NCBI GenBank assembly: GCA_964304625.1
Contig: OZ199840.1
Location: forward strand, 8,191,744 to 8,255,743
Length of the DNA stretch: 64,000 bases
Reading direction: 5' to 3'
DNA from: Kudoa neothunni
Lineage: Eukaryota; Animalia; Cnidaria
The number at the start of each line of letters is the position of its first letter. Position 1 is the stretch's first letter. Of this stretch, positions 13,901 to 25,567 are shown one piece after another. A program made the position numbers and the translations under genes. The notes under the pieces are model-generated. The model saw nothing but the letters and a program-made list of their open reading frames with translations. It was not told the DNA's origin and searched no databases.

Positions 13901-16345
13901 GTACTCTGATGTTTCATTTGTGACATTTCTGTATTGTCCTTTGAAAGCCCCATGCATTGCCTCAATTTGGTTAAGGTGGATACTTTCGCTTAAGACAATT
14001 TTGTGGTTGAAAGTCAGATTTTAATGGATTAACCCCAAATCCTTCAGACAGCTATATCTAAGCAAAAAAATCATCCCAGATTATCTTCATCTCCCCAACA
14101 TGCTCTAGTATAATTTTCTTGAGAACATCCCTGTTGCTGTATTAGAATATTTTAACGAGGAAATCCTCATCTATGTCAATCCAATAAATGATCTAATATT
14201 GTTGATTTTTAATATATGCCCAACTTTGTATTTTCTATTGTTGATCGCGATCTCATCAATTTAGGTTATTTTTCGGGGTTCTCCAATTTTTTTGAAACCC
14301 TCGTCCAATTTCAAGACCATCAAATCATACAAGATTTTGTTCCACCCATCAATAATAGATGGGGACGAAAATGAAATTTTTCTTTTGATAGAGTCGAGTT
14401 GATATTTATTATTTTACGTTGAAAATCATAAATAGAAATAATTTCCATATGGGAAATTTTGACAATTCGAAAACGATTCTAATTATAATTGAAATGTGTT
14501 TTTTATACACTATACACTTATTTCGGTATCCATCATTGATGCCACCTTTTAATAATAGTGCGGAATTTCCCCACAAGGACATAAGGGCTTTTGGAAAACT
14601 TATTTAATCCTCATACGAACTTGGGTTTTTTGGATCCCAAGTTTTCATGTTACGTGAGTTGAAAAATAAATCTTACAAAATGTCATAGAAATTGTAAGAA
14701 ACTTCTACCCACAGAATTTCGAGGAAAAGGTGATTCAATGGGCAACTTAATCTTCCGAAAGTCAATTCGGCGGGCTAATATAACACGTCGTACAAGTTCG
14801 TTGGATGTTAACGTCAATCGTGATGGTTGTTGTATGTTTATTATGCAAATTATCAGGTCTTTAATCGACTTTAAGCGTTAAAAATCAAATAACGCAATAT
14901 TCATTTTGTTTCTATCGAACCATTATTAGTTGACGTTCAAAGGAAAAGAGAGTAATAAGACACCTGATTCATATTGTTCCTAAGAAACCGAAATAATTGA
15001 ATCAAACTTGAAGAAAATATTCTGTAAATTTTTCCCCCATGCCAAAACGACAAAAATCGAACACTCGATGACTCGAAGCATAAGTTGTGAAAGCTATCCT
15101 GGTCGATTTCATTCTACGAATAAGTATAACCCTCCCGAGACTCCATTTTTTCGTAAATCTGTGCTTCTTCCTATCAGAACTCTAAATTCTGATTTACAAG
15201 TTAGTGTAATCTCCTATAATTGTGCGAATTTTGTTTATGTGAATTTTTGTAAAAACGAAACGGTATATATTCTGGTAAAAAATGTGTTCAATGGGTCGTC
15301 GCTTTATTAACTCGCCAAAAAAGTCATTTTTAAGCGTAATGTCAAATATTATCTTATTATACAGCAATAAAGTAATTATAATGGTACGAATAAATAAAAA
15401 ATATAAGGATAACGTTGCTTTTATTTTCCTCATGTTGTGTAAAAGGATTCCGATGGTGTCAAAGGATAGTTTCGGGGATTCACATTAATACTTACCAAAA
15501 CGTTCTAATTTTTAATAATAAATGACGATATCATATTATTGATATATTTTATAATATTCGTTTATTAAAATATGTCGCTTCAATGTGTCCTAGAACGCCT
15601 ATACATATTTTCTTTCTACATGCAGTATAATCGTAATGGATTAAAAGATGCAATTTCAATTAGGATTTTGAAGTATTAATTCATCCAATGAATCATTTTT
15701 TTCTGGAAATTCTGTCGATAAAAGCTTCTTCAAATTTTTATGACATTTTAAATATTTTTTTATTAACCATTGAAAAATAAAAGTTTGAGGCCAAAAAAAG
15801 CGCCTGGTTCGTTAAAGTGTAATCGTTCTTTTGTACCTTAGAGGGTTAAATAAAAAAGTATTAACAAGTAAATTATATTTCTCCTGTGAGTGGGCTTATT
15901 TATCACCGAAAAATCTCTCAAAACCTTAAAAATATACTAATACCCCATTTAAGCATGATTTGGAAGGTTTAGCTAGTAAATATTATTTATTAAATTCATT
16001 TTATTTACATATTAATATAATATTAACAAGATGTGTCTTTTTGAATCATACAAATTTAATCTACCGCCTGTAGTTTTTAAAATCGTTGATTACATCTGTC
16101 CCCTATGAAAAGAGAACTCCTACAACAATTAAATATAGCATATCTAGAAAGATTATTTTAATTTATACTCCATAAATGGTGTTTTTTTTTAATTAAAGTG
16201 TTCATGGCGCAGGCGTATATAATATTTAAGTTTACATCAGTAAGAACAAAAAACAACAGCTTTCCGTAAATCACAACTACTACAACCTAATGATATATGA
16301 AAGAGGAATGAAATTATGCATTCTATATCTCAAGAGTTTACCATG
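10903..16345 (-). CDS. Orphan multi-exon gene, probably a type-I membrane protein; boundaries tentative
   Basis: Exons between 12490 and 10903 splice in frame: RIFGVVLRDFSILDTPIFK...LKTIIYNLIE...TIVFSFLMLVYSM/LLIVVIMVIT (TM-like) KADIWKSG...KELSVNR*. A possible signal-like start M/VVVVIYGKLLFFVLTD lies near 16345. The middle exons are unresolved, and an alternative acceptor would stop at 11089. Confidence 0.4.
13760..14420 (-). mobile_element. Merlin (IS1595/ISXO2-like) transposase pseudogene
   Basis: The minus strand reads KKIGEPRKIT*IDEIAINNRKYKVG (Merlin motif KIGGPGKIVEIDESKFGKRKYNRG), IILEHVGEMKIIWDD and HLNQIEAMHG, with stops and frameshifts. Confidence 0.7.
14600..15845 (-). mobile_element. 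Highly decayed piggyBac-like remnant
   Basis: The terminus ...cttagaGGG|TTAA at 15845 resembles the other piggyBac ends in the window. Only weak transposase-like fragments remain, and the left end was not found. Confidence 0.4.
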
Positions 16346-16724
16346 GTAGCTCCATATTTGTTGAAGTTTCCTAGGATTCCCTTTGGTTAGGTTGAAACGC
16401 CACGAGTCACAAGCCTACGATAAGATCAGCGTAATTTATGAGTAGATTTTGTGTAATTTGGATTTACTCTGGCAGTTTATTAATAATAAAATTTTAAATG
16501 TCATGTTTAAATTTTAATAATCGTGATTTTTATTTAATGGATAAATATAATTTCAATCCGCATCCACTCTCATTTAGTTAAGGTATTATTATTTAAAAAA
16601 GTAAAATTAATTTGCTCGAAATATAAAATAATATTTAGTTTAAAATTAAAAATCATATATTATTGCCTTTTGCGATATAAAATCATCATTCAAAAGTTTC
16701 TAACGCCTCTTAGACATAAAAAAA

Positions 16725-17562
16725 CTATTTAAGCTCTTCGATAAGTTTTTCCCCTTGTATAACTTTATCGTCGAAAACAATTTTGAAAGTAGTTCCTTCA
16801 TGGTGATGAGCTGTCACGTGGCACGCCTAATATGGTAAAATTCAAAATTAGCCATCACACATGTCAGTTGAATAAGAATTACAAAGCCAGACAACGAGAT
16901 AAAGGATTCCAAAAATCCAGCCATAAAATACGCATTGTTAAACCCTATAGATAAGAAGCTAATCGAAAATTTTTGAAACAGGGAGGTGAAAATTCAGGAT
17001 GACAAACCTTCGCTCTCCGAAATATAGCTATTGTAGAAATTGTTGTCGTCTCTAATGTAGTCTAAATTTAATTTAAAATTTTCTCGTTGTATTTTACAAA
17101 CTGCATACATGTAACTTCATCATCCTCTGCTCGTTCTAGTCTGTCAACTTCAGCACCAAACAAAAACTATTCTCAATCTAGTTATTTTGAAAACTCCACC
17201 AAAATCACTTTCCACAGAGTCTGTTTTACGTAGATTAACATATTAAGAAATTTAGTTTCCCGTTTATTGGCCCTGGTTTGAGTTTGTATATGATCACATA
17301 AATGTCCCCCAGTAGTTTTACCAAGATCGTGCAAGCTATACAAATAATCAATCAAATATGAGTTTCTATCGTGTGGAACTACGTCCAATGTAGCTCATCC
17401 AAATTGTTCACTTTAGTATGTAAACATCGAACTATCTCACCAAGTGTCAACAAATACAAATCACCGTCGATCTATATTAATTATTCAAAAATAAAATAAC
17501 TATTAGATTACACTGTATTTGTTTTTTTTGGAAGATTTGTCAAAAAGTTTCGATCGCTGCAT
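16725..17562 (-). CDS. TRAPPC5: Trafficking protein particle complex subunit 5 (Trs31), 7 exons
   Basis: Spliced: MQRSKLFDKSSKKNKYSIDGDLYLLTLGEIV...KRETKFLNMLIYVKQTLWKFLFGAEVDRLERAEDD...FMAGFLESFISLSGFACHVTAHHHEGTTFKIVFDDKVI. This matches the TRAPPC5 RETK, WKxLFG and GFPAKVTAHWHKGTT motifs. Confidence 0.9.
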
Positions 17563-17619
17563 GAATTATCTGCCGACTTGTTACGACTGTCCAAGGTTAG
17601 TTGTTCAACGGTGGTCATA

Positions 17620-18417
17620 ATGAGGTGGCTTTTTATTGTGTCATTGTTGGGTTGGTCTTGTGTGAACTGTTTGGATTTCATATTGGAACGGTTCATGACT
17701 GAAGAGTGTTTCTTCGAAGATATCACTGAAGAAACCGAATTCAATATCCAATATTATGTGCTTGAAGGAGGATTCAATGATGTGGACTTCAAGGTGGGCT
17801 TCTTTTGAATTATTCTCTAGGTGAGGTGTGTTCATAATATAGATTTTAAACACCAACAATGAAGCTATTGTCGTTCACAACAGCAAAAATAGTGACGAAT
17901 TCAAAATCACCCAAACTGTCCCTGGCCGATATTTATTCTGTTTTTCCAATGAGAATTCGTCAAAATCCTCAAAGCGTATCATTTTTTCTATTTCCCCTTT
18001 TCGAAAGTATCAGCAAAGAACCAAACCAAACACCAACCCAAAGAACTATACAGCCCATGATCATCAAGTCGAAGGTTTGCTAATTAAGTTAATTATTTGC
18101 AACAAATTATATCCATTTAGCTGGTGTTACTTTCGATCGAATTATGAAAGGCATTATCGAGCTTAGTATGGATCTCTCAAAGGTGAAACGCGAACAACAA
18201 ATAATTGAATTCCAGGATATGGTTGTTATTAGTGGTATTGATTTAAATAATTTGCTCGATTTTACACATCTTTTGAACTCTCCATTGTGTAGATTACAAC
18301 AAAGTCGGAAGTTATTTCCTGTATTGGACCATATTTGAAGTGGTTGTGGTAATTATAGTTGCTCTATATCAGATTTTCTATTTTACCCGAATTTTCGAAG
18401 TTCGACGAATGATATGA
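17620..18417 (+). CDS. TMED2: p24/TMED cargo receptor, beta subfamily (TMED2-like), 4 exons
   Basis: Signal peptide MRWLFIVSLLGWSCVNC, GOLD domain (EECFFE, VLEGGFNDVDF, GRYLFCFSNE), coiled coil, TM segment YWTIFEVVVVIIVALYQIFY and tail IFEVRRMI*. Confidence 0.9.
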
Positions 18418-19325
18418 ACTATTTTTTTCTCTCATATGTTGTTTATACTGCTTAATTTGTCCTTTTTCTGAAAAAAGTCAATCATGTGTTAGATAGAAAA
18501 TTTTATAATTGAAATGACAGATTTTTTTAATGTAAGCTCGTGGCTAATGTTAAAATAAAAATTTTGGAGCTTGGGAGTTTATTATGACTAATTTTTCTTC
18601 GATTTGTTAACGTTGACAATTAAATGAGATATCGGACTAAGCGGAAGAAATGCTTCCTATGGCATATCATTTCGCTATACGATGATCTGATTAATGAATT
18701 CAAATTTTTCATTTTACCTCTATATCCAGAGAATCTTTTCTTCTTTTCAATGGATTATATCCCTTGTAATCTCATAGGTTGACTGTGGGGTTCTGATTGG
18801 TTTAATCTCTCAAACTAACATATTGTAATACGTGGCCGTTAGTATTACCTTCCTGTGAAAAATTTAACCCAATAAACATGCTTGTTTTAGGTCAGTCATC
18901 ACACTTACAAACTTCAAAGGTTAATTCTGTCGACTCAGGTAAAACTCCTGATGCAACTAGTTAAGTTATCAGTTAGTTATCAGTTATAGCTGGTTAGACC
19001 ATCCTTGTTAACGCTGTAGGCATCGTAAGACGAGTAGCATCTACCCTCTCGCCCTTATCTTTCTGCAGTAATGCGGGAGTGAACCTACTAAACATCCTCG
19101 TTTGTGGGACAACCACCACCCCAAACCCTATCCATCAATAGGGATTTTGGCTCTACAAAGATTTAAAGCCTATTAGTTCATCCCTACGACTCGAACGTCT
19201 AATTCAGACCCATCTATTAGACGGAATTATAACTGAAGGTGAAATTACACTTTCAATATAATCTCACTCTAACAATAGCTCCCATTACGAGATAAAGACA
19301 CTCGTACGGAAACAATAGATTGATC

Positions 19326-19385
19326 AGTAGCGAGAATCGAATTTAGTATCTCCGGTTATTGAGTCCAGCCACCACACCACTGGAC
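19326..19385 (-). pseudogene. Degenerate tRNA-like or SINE-head fragment
   Basis: The reverse complement has an A-box-like TCCAGTGGTGTGGT and a B-box-like AATTCGATTCT about 35 nt apart. No intact cloverleaf. Confidence 0.3.
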
Positions 19386-20227
19386 AATTTGTCCTCGGCG
19401 CTTCAGTGGACGTGATTCGGTAGAGCATGAAATTCTTTCATTATCTAACACAAGAATTCGTAACTGAGGTTGCCCTAAGTTCCAAAGGATCAAAGAAATT
19501 GTATTTAGGATGCGAAAGTCCGCTTTGGGTTTATATATAGAATAACCTCAAAATTATTCTGACGTTATTTGATTGACTCTATTACAAAATTAACTTGAGC
19601 GTTATTTTCATCGGTTTTGAACCTTATCGAATAATTCTCAATAAAATAAAATTTTCAACAGAATTTTTTAAATTATACAAATTAAAAGTTAAGCATGAAA
19701 ACATCCTCTATTCCAGTACTTCCGAACTAGAGGTCCCCCCTAGATGGCGCGAACTAAAGGTTAAAAATGAGAGTTTAGGTCATAATTGCAAGCAATTTAT
19801 AGGCATTTTTAAGTGAATTTACGATTTTCCAATATTTTAATAATAACTTGACGAATATAACATTATTTTTCTTAATTTAATCATTATTAATTTTTTATTT
19901 TGATACAATGCAGAAATAGCCTATAAATCGCATTAAATTCACAAACTTAATGAATAATACGTTAAAATTATTTAATTGACTCAGAAATTAGCCTGACTAT
20001 TAATAAATTAATAAAAAGTGAAAAAATAAGATAATATTTTTTTATCGACAAATTCGAAAATATTAAAATTACACAGGAACAATCAAACAAAATTATGTTT
20101 AATTCATTCTTGTAGCTAATTCTATATTTTACGTACGACTAAGTATCCCCAAATCTTAGGTGAGCTACGCTTTATCGTAACAGAAAAGGCGCGAGCCCGA
20201 TCTAGGTTGGGAATCATTGGTCAAGTC

Positions 20228-20296
20228 TAGGGATCAGCAACGGCCTACCTACAAACCAAATTTGGCCCAGGAGCTCTCTTCATCCGGCCCGCGAGG
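20228..20296 (+). mobile_element. hAT MITE terminal remnant
   Basis: tagggatcagcaac...tttggccc...atccggcccgcg resembles hAT ends (CAGGGGTCAGCAAC) with GGCCCGC subterminal repeats. Confidence 0.35.
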
Positions 20297-21232
20297 AAGG
20301 TCATAATAAATTTAAATTGCTTTTTTTGACAAATTTAATAATTGGTAAAATTTTTAAAATCGATCTTTTTAGGACAAGTAAGTTTAATAGCGATGGAAAC
20401 GAAGTTAATTAAAAATTAATTAAATTTTCTTGATATAAATGTGTAATAAACAATATGGAGATTAAAATATTTCTCACTTATTTTTACTGATTGTATAATG
20501 TTAGTCTTATTGTAACGAAAGAAGACGTGTAATTATTGTTCTTTACCATTTTGAGCCGTCATGTAGGTATACGAAATGTTAAATTCAATATAAATAAAAC
20601 CAGGTAAATTATAAATAAAAAATTTTATAAAATCTGCCATATCCTCATAATAAATGTGGAGTGATCGTTATTTTTTTCTCACGCAGCAAAGGAAATATAT
20701 TCTTTTAAATATCAAAATAAAAATTTACTTCTGAATTTTAATTCTAACATAGAAAATATACAAAAAATACCAATAAAAATAAATAAGTTTCATTCCCAAT
20801 ATAATAATGCGTATAATAAAACTTCCCCATGAGAAATAAATCATTTTTAGTAAATTTTAAGCATCTAACTTTCTTCAAATATTCAAAATGATATGTAAAA
20901 CTCAATTTATCATGTACGGACGATGGTGGTCCAATTTTGAGTTAGGAAGCGCCTTTCTTAAACTCCACACACGCATTTAAACATCCTACTTAAATATTAT
21001 ATGTAAATTTGTTTGTTTGTTTGTTTATTTATTTATTCATATTTATTATTATTGATCACGTTTAAAATTTCTATGTCCTTAGAGGCTAGAAATGATTAAT
21101 TTTTGCAAAAAGACGATTAAATTTTTAGACATGTATATGTACACACCTTAGTAATTAGAAAGTAGCAGACGAGAAATGAAAATGGCGCAGGAGAAAAAGT
21201 AAATATAACCTTCTTATCACTAAACAACTAGT

Positions 21233-24200
21233 TCATTTGTATATGGAGATACTAACAGTGCTGTTATTGATCTAAACATAATGTCACAATATGTGACCAA
21301 GTTAATAAAAAATAGCATACCATTTCGGAGCAGTCGATAATCTTGGTGGGTAGTTGATTATAATCGGCATCAACCAACACTGGCATCTTTACCTGTTCAT
21401 TAACGTAGGCAAGATGCTGATTTAGCATACTGACACATTCAGAATCTCCCCAACACACAATAACAATATCATCAGTTGGTTGAACATTAGCCTAATGCAA
21501 CAATAACATAGTCAAATAAAATAGAAATGAACTTGTTCAAGAAAAATTATTACCTTTTTTCGAAGTTTCTGTATACGATTAACAATTTCACGAGCAATTG
21601 ACTGATCCAATAATTCTTGATTTTGTGTGATATCCAACAGCACAACTACTTCACCATCCGAGTGGGCAGAATATTTTTGGTCTCCTTTTTTTACCGAGAA
21701 TATCAACTTCACATCATCACGTTGTAAATTCTGTCCAGACACATTGATAACGGAGTTTGGGTTTTGTATGGTTTCAATGTCGTCGATAGTGAGTTTTGAA
21801 AGAGCAACTTTGATATCATTAATTTGGCCGCGTAAACGATCTCCCAATTGTTGGAAGTTGGGTACCACTCTACATTCTACTCCGTAATTTTTCATATCGC
21901 AGGACAATGTGAGTTTCATTATATTTAAGTCTTCTAGAATGTAGGTTTCCATGGTTTTAATGTTATCTAAGAATTTAGGGTTGGAATGGAGTACAACAAG
22001 CTCGTTCAATGGCATCTACCACCAATCAATCATAATTCAACAAAGCAGTATTAGATTTACTTTCAAAGGAAGAGTGTTTCGTTCACGCACAACTCGAGCT
22101 AAATTAACCACAGCTTGCATATTTTCGACAGTGACCTCTACCGACTTGTCAATAAAGTCTAACCTAGGTTGAGGTAGCATTTGGAAGTGCACGCTAGCAT
22201 TGTAGTGGCATTGTTGGTTGGTTGCATTGCCATTAATGATTGAATTTTCACGTTTCTCGTCGAATTGAACAAGATTTTGGTATATGTATTCAGTGAAAAA
22301 TGGCACAAAAGGAGAAAACATTTTCACCATGCTATATTGGACATTGAATAGTGTTGCCAAGGCGATCTCTTGTTCTGCTAGTCCTTTATCACCCTACACG
22401 TCAATTAGAATAAATTTTTATCTCATACGACTTCACAGACTGATTCGATTCACTCATAAAATCATATACCTTGAGACGCTTACGATTGAATCGTATGTAC
22501 CATTTGGTGAGATTATCGAGGAATTCTATAATCTTTGGAACCACAGTGTACAATCGATAGCATTTCATCTCCTGGTGAATAAACCCAATCAACGATTGTG
22601 TGTAGGAGATGATCCATTGATCCATGAAATTGGTTAAATTTTGAATATGTTTATCTTGGTAGGCGTAGCTGTTGATGTCGATATCATTCTGGAAAACAGA
22701 ATTTTAGAGTTAATCTTTTTAACTAAACGAAAAAACAAATGGACGAATAATACCTGCTTACAGTAGAGTGCAGTACTTTGCATGAGATATCGAAAAGAGT
22801 TGTACCACGGAAGAAGCATTTCTTTGACCAAATTTCGAACACCACTCTCTTGGAATTTAAGCGATTCCCCTCTGACAACTGGCGAATTGATCAGATAAAT
22901 TCTTAGCACATCTGAGCCGTATTTGTTGATCACTTCAAGTGGATCGGGATAGTTTTGCTTGCGTTTACTCATTTTTTGGCCATCACTAAAGCAAAAAATC
23001 AAAGTTACATATTGATATGTAACCAAATAATATTGGATACCTAGCAAGCACCAACCCATTAGCAATAAGATTTTTGAATGGTGGCTTGTCGAAAAGTGAT
23101 GTCGACAGCACCAGAAGTGTGTAAAACCAACCACGAGTTTGATCGATACCTTCTGCAATAAAATCGGCGGGAAATCCCTCATCAAATACATCTTTATTCT
23201 CGAATGGATAATGTATTTGAGCGTAGGGCATACTGCCACTCTCGAACCAGCAATCAAACACTTCCGGAACACGTCTTAAAAACGAGCCGGGTTTGGTGGT
23301 GGACGGAATGAGTATATCGTCGACAGATTCACGATGCAAATCAGTCACTTTGACTCCACTTAGTTGCTCCAATTCTTCGACGGAACCAACACAAATAATC
23401 TCAGTGAAATCTTCATTGGTCCATAGTGGAATGGGAGTACCCCAATAACGATTTCTAGAAATGTTCCAGTCACGGGCATTTTCGAGCCAATTATGAAAGC
23501 GTTTAGTTTTTACAAATTCAGGCACCCTACACAACATTTTCAGAGTTGGAGATAGATATTCATATAATGAAGTTGGGAATCAATTTACCAATTGGTTTCA
23601 CTGTTATTGGCCAACAATCGTGGAATCAAATCTGTCACCTTGACAAACCAACTAGGAACAATACGATACATGAGAGGTGTATCGGATCGCCAGCAAAATG
23701 GATAGTTATGACTAATCGTACCATCACTGAAAATTCGACCATTATTTTTTAGAGTTTTTATAATGAGTTTATCAGTATCCTATATAAATAAACATATACA
23801 ACTCAATATTTTCCATAGTCAAACAGCTCCCCACCTTGAAATACATGCCTGCAAATTCAGGAATTTCTGTAGTGAAATGACCTGTCACATCAATAGGACA
23901 AGGCACCACATTTGTATTTTGATAAATGCCATTCGCAATACACACCCTGTAATCATCCTCTCCAAATGCGGGAGCAGATTGAACTACACCAGTACCATCG
24001 TCCTCGGAAACATAAGAGTCACCTAGAACCTTAAAAGCGCCATTTTCTCTCCACTACAATCAATTTTAATATTTGGTGAAATTTTAGGTATAAAGCGGTA
24101 CTGTGGAGAAATATTCAAAACATGGAATATATGCCTTGCCCAAAAGTTGATCTCCGGTAAACCTTTAACCACTAGTAACAACAATAACATCAAAAAATTA

Positions 24201-25217
24201 GAGAATGACTTTTCGAGAACAACACAAGGTTTCTTCTTTCCAAAGTATGCAGCCATTCGAGCTTCCATAAGAATGTATTTCTTTTTGGTTTTAGTTTCTT
24301 CAATTTTAACGTAGGTGGATTTGGGATTGACTACAAGTGAAAGGTTGCTAACCAATGTCCATGGAGTAGTGGTCCATGCTAAAAATGAAACACTCGGATC
24401 TTCTTCCAAAGGAAAGCACACAGTGATAGAAGGGTCAGCAACTTCTTTATAATTTTGATTGGCTTCAAAATTTGAAAGCGGAGTGTTGCATGCAGTCGAA
24501 TAGGGCATAACACGATAACCGTAATAGATTCGATCTTTCATGTACAACTGCTTACACACCCACCACACTGATTCCATAAATGTGGGATACATAGTTTTGT
24601 AATCCCTATCGAAATCTATCCAGCGTCCCAAACGCGTTACAATATTCTAAATTTGAGGTTGTTTATTTTACAAACTAGACACATCTAGTTGAAAAAACAA
24701 AAATCTACTCTCCATTCGGATGAATATCGATTCACTATTGCACGACATTCATTGTTGTAACCAATAATACCAATTTTTTTTATATCGTCTGGACCTTTGA
24801 TACCTAATTTCTTGTCAATTTCGTGCTCCACTGGTAACCCATGACAATCCCAACCAAAACGACGCTCAACATAATGCCCCGTTTGGTGTGCATATCGAGT
24901 CACAGTATCCTTATTGATTCAAATGGTAATCCAACATTAACTCACCGTAACAACTAAATTACTTTGATTGTTCCAGCCAATATGTGTCCATAATGAGGAA
25001 GTCCTGTAGCGAATGGAGGTCCATCATAAAAAGTAAATCTAATATTGAAATTTTAAGATCTAAAGGTTATCAACTGTTACCTTTTTTTGCCTTCTGATTG
25101 TTTTAATGATGTTCGAAATGCATCAATCTCCTCCCAATACTTGAGCACTATCTGCTCGTTATCAGGAAAATCAAACATGTCGGGAAGGTTGTTGAAATTT
25201 TTCAAATTCGTCGACAT
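21233..25217 (-). CDS. IARS1: Isoleucyl-tRNA synthetase, cytosolic, about 15 exons
   Basis: [16 protein letters not shown] (HIGH motif), [73 protein letters not shown] (KMSKS). All introns are ~40-65 nt GT-AG; ends SISIYK*. Confidence 0.97.
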
Positions 25218-25567
25218 TGTTCTTATCCTACTCAAATATAACCTTATTCTGACACTTCAACAACTGTATAAGCCGTAGATTTCCGAAGTGATTATTTGTG
25301 TTACTCATCAAACCATATTCATCATAGTTGGTGCATTTAATTGTTTGAAAAAAATTGTTACGTGACTATTTTTTCAATAAAATTAACAGAGAGAAATATT
25401 TTCATTTAGAATTAGTGTATTTTCTTCACAAACAAATAACATGTGATAACTTCGAGTATGATCGCTCAGCTGCCCCTCTATCAAATTTTATCCTACTTTA
25501 TTAGTAATATTCAATTTATATTATTTTGGAAAATTATATTTTCATCAAAATTTCATAAGTTTATTAA

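Noticed and set aside
19118-19135. Telomerase RNA template-like CAAACCCTA
   Set aside because: It does not match the CTAACCCTAA template for TTAGGG, and no supporting structure is identifiable by eye.
22988-23040. U12-type intron in IleRS (donor GTATCC)
   Set aside because: It continues AA rather than TT and has no CCTTAAC branch site, so it fits the general degenerate GTA donor.
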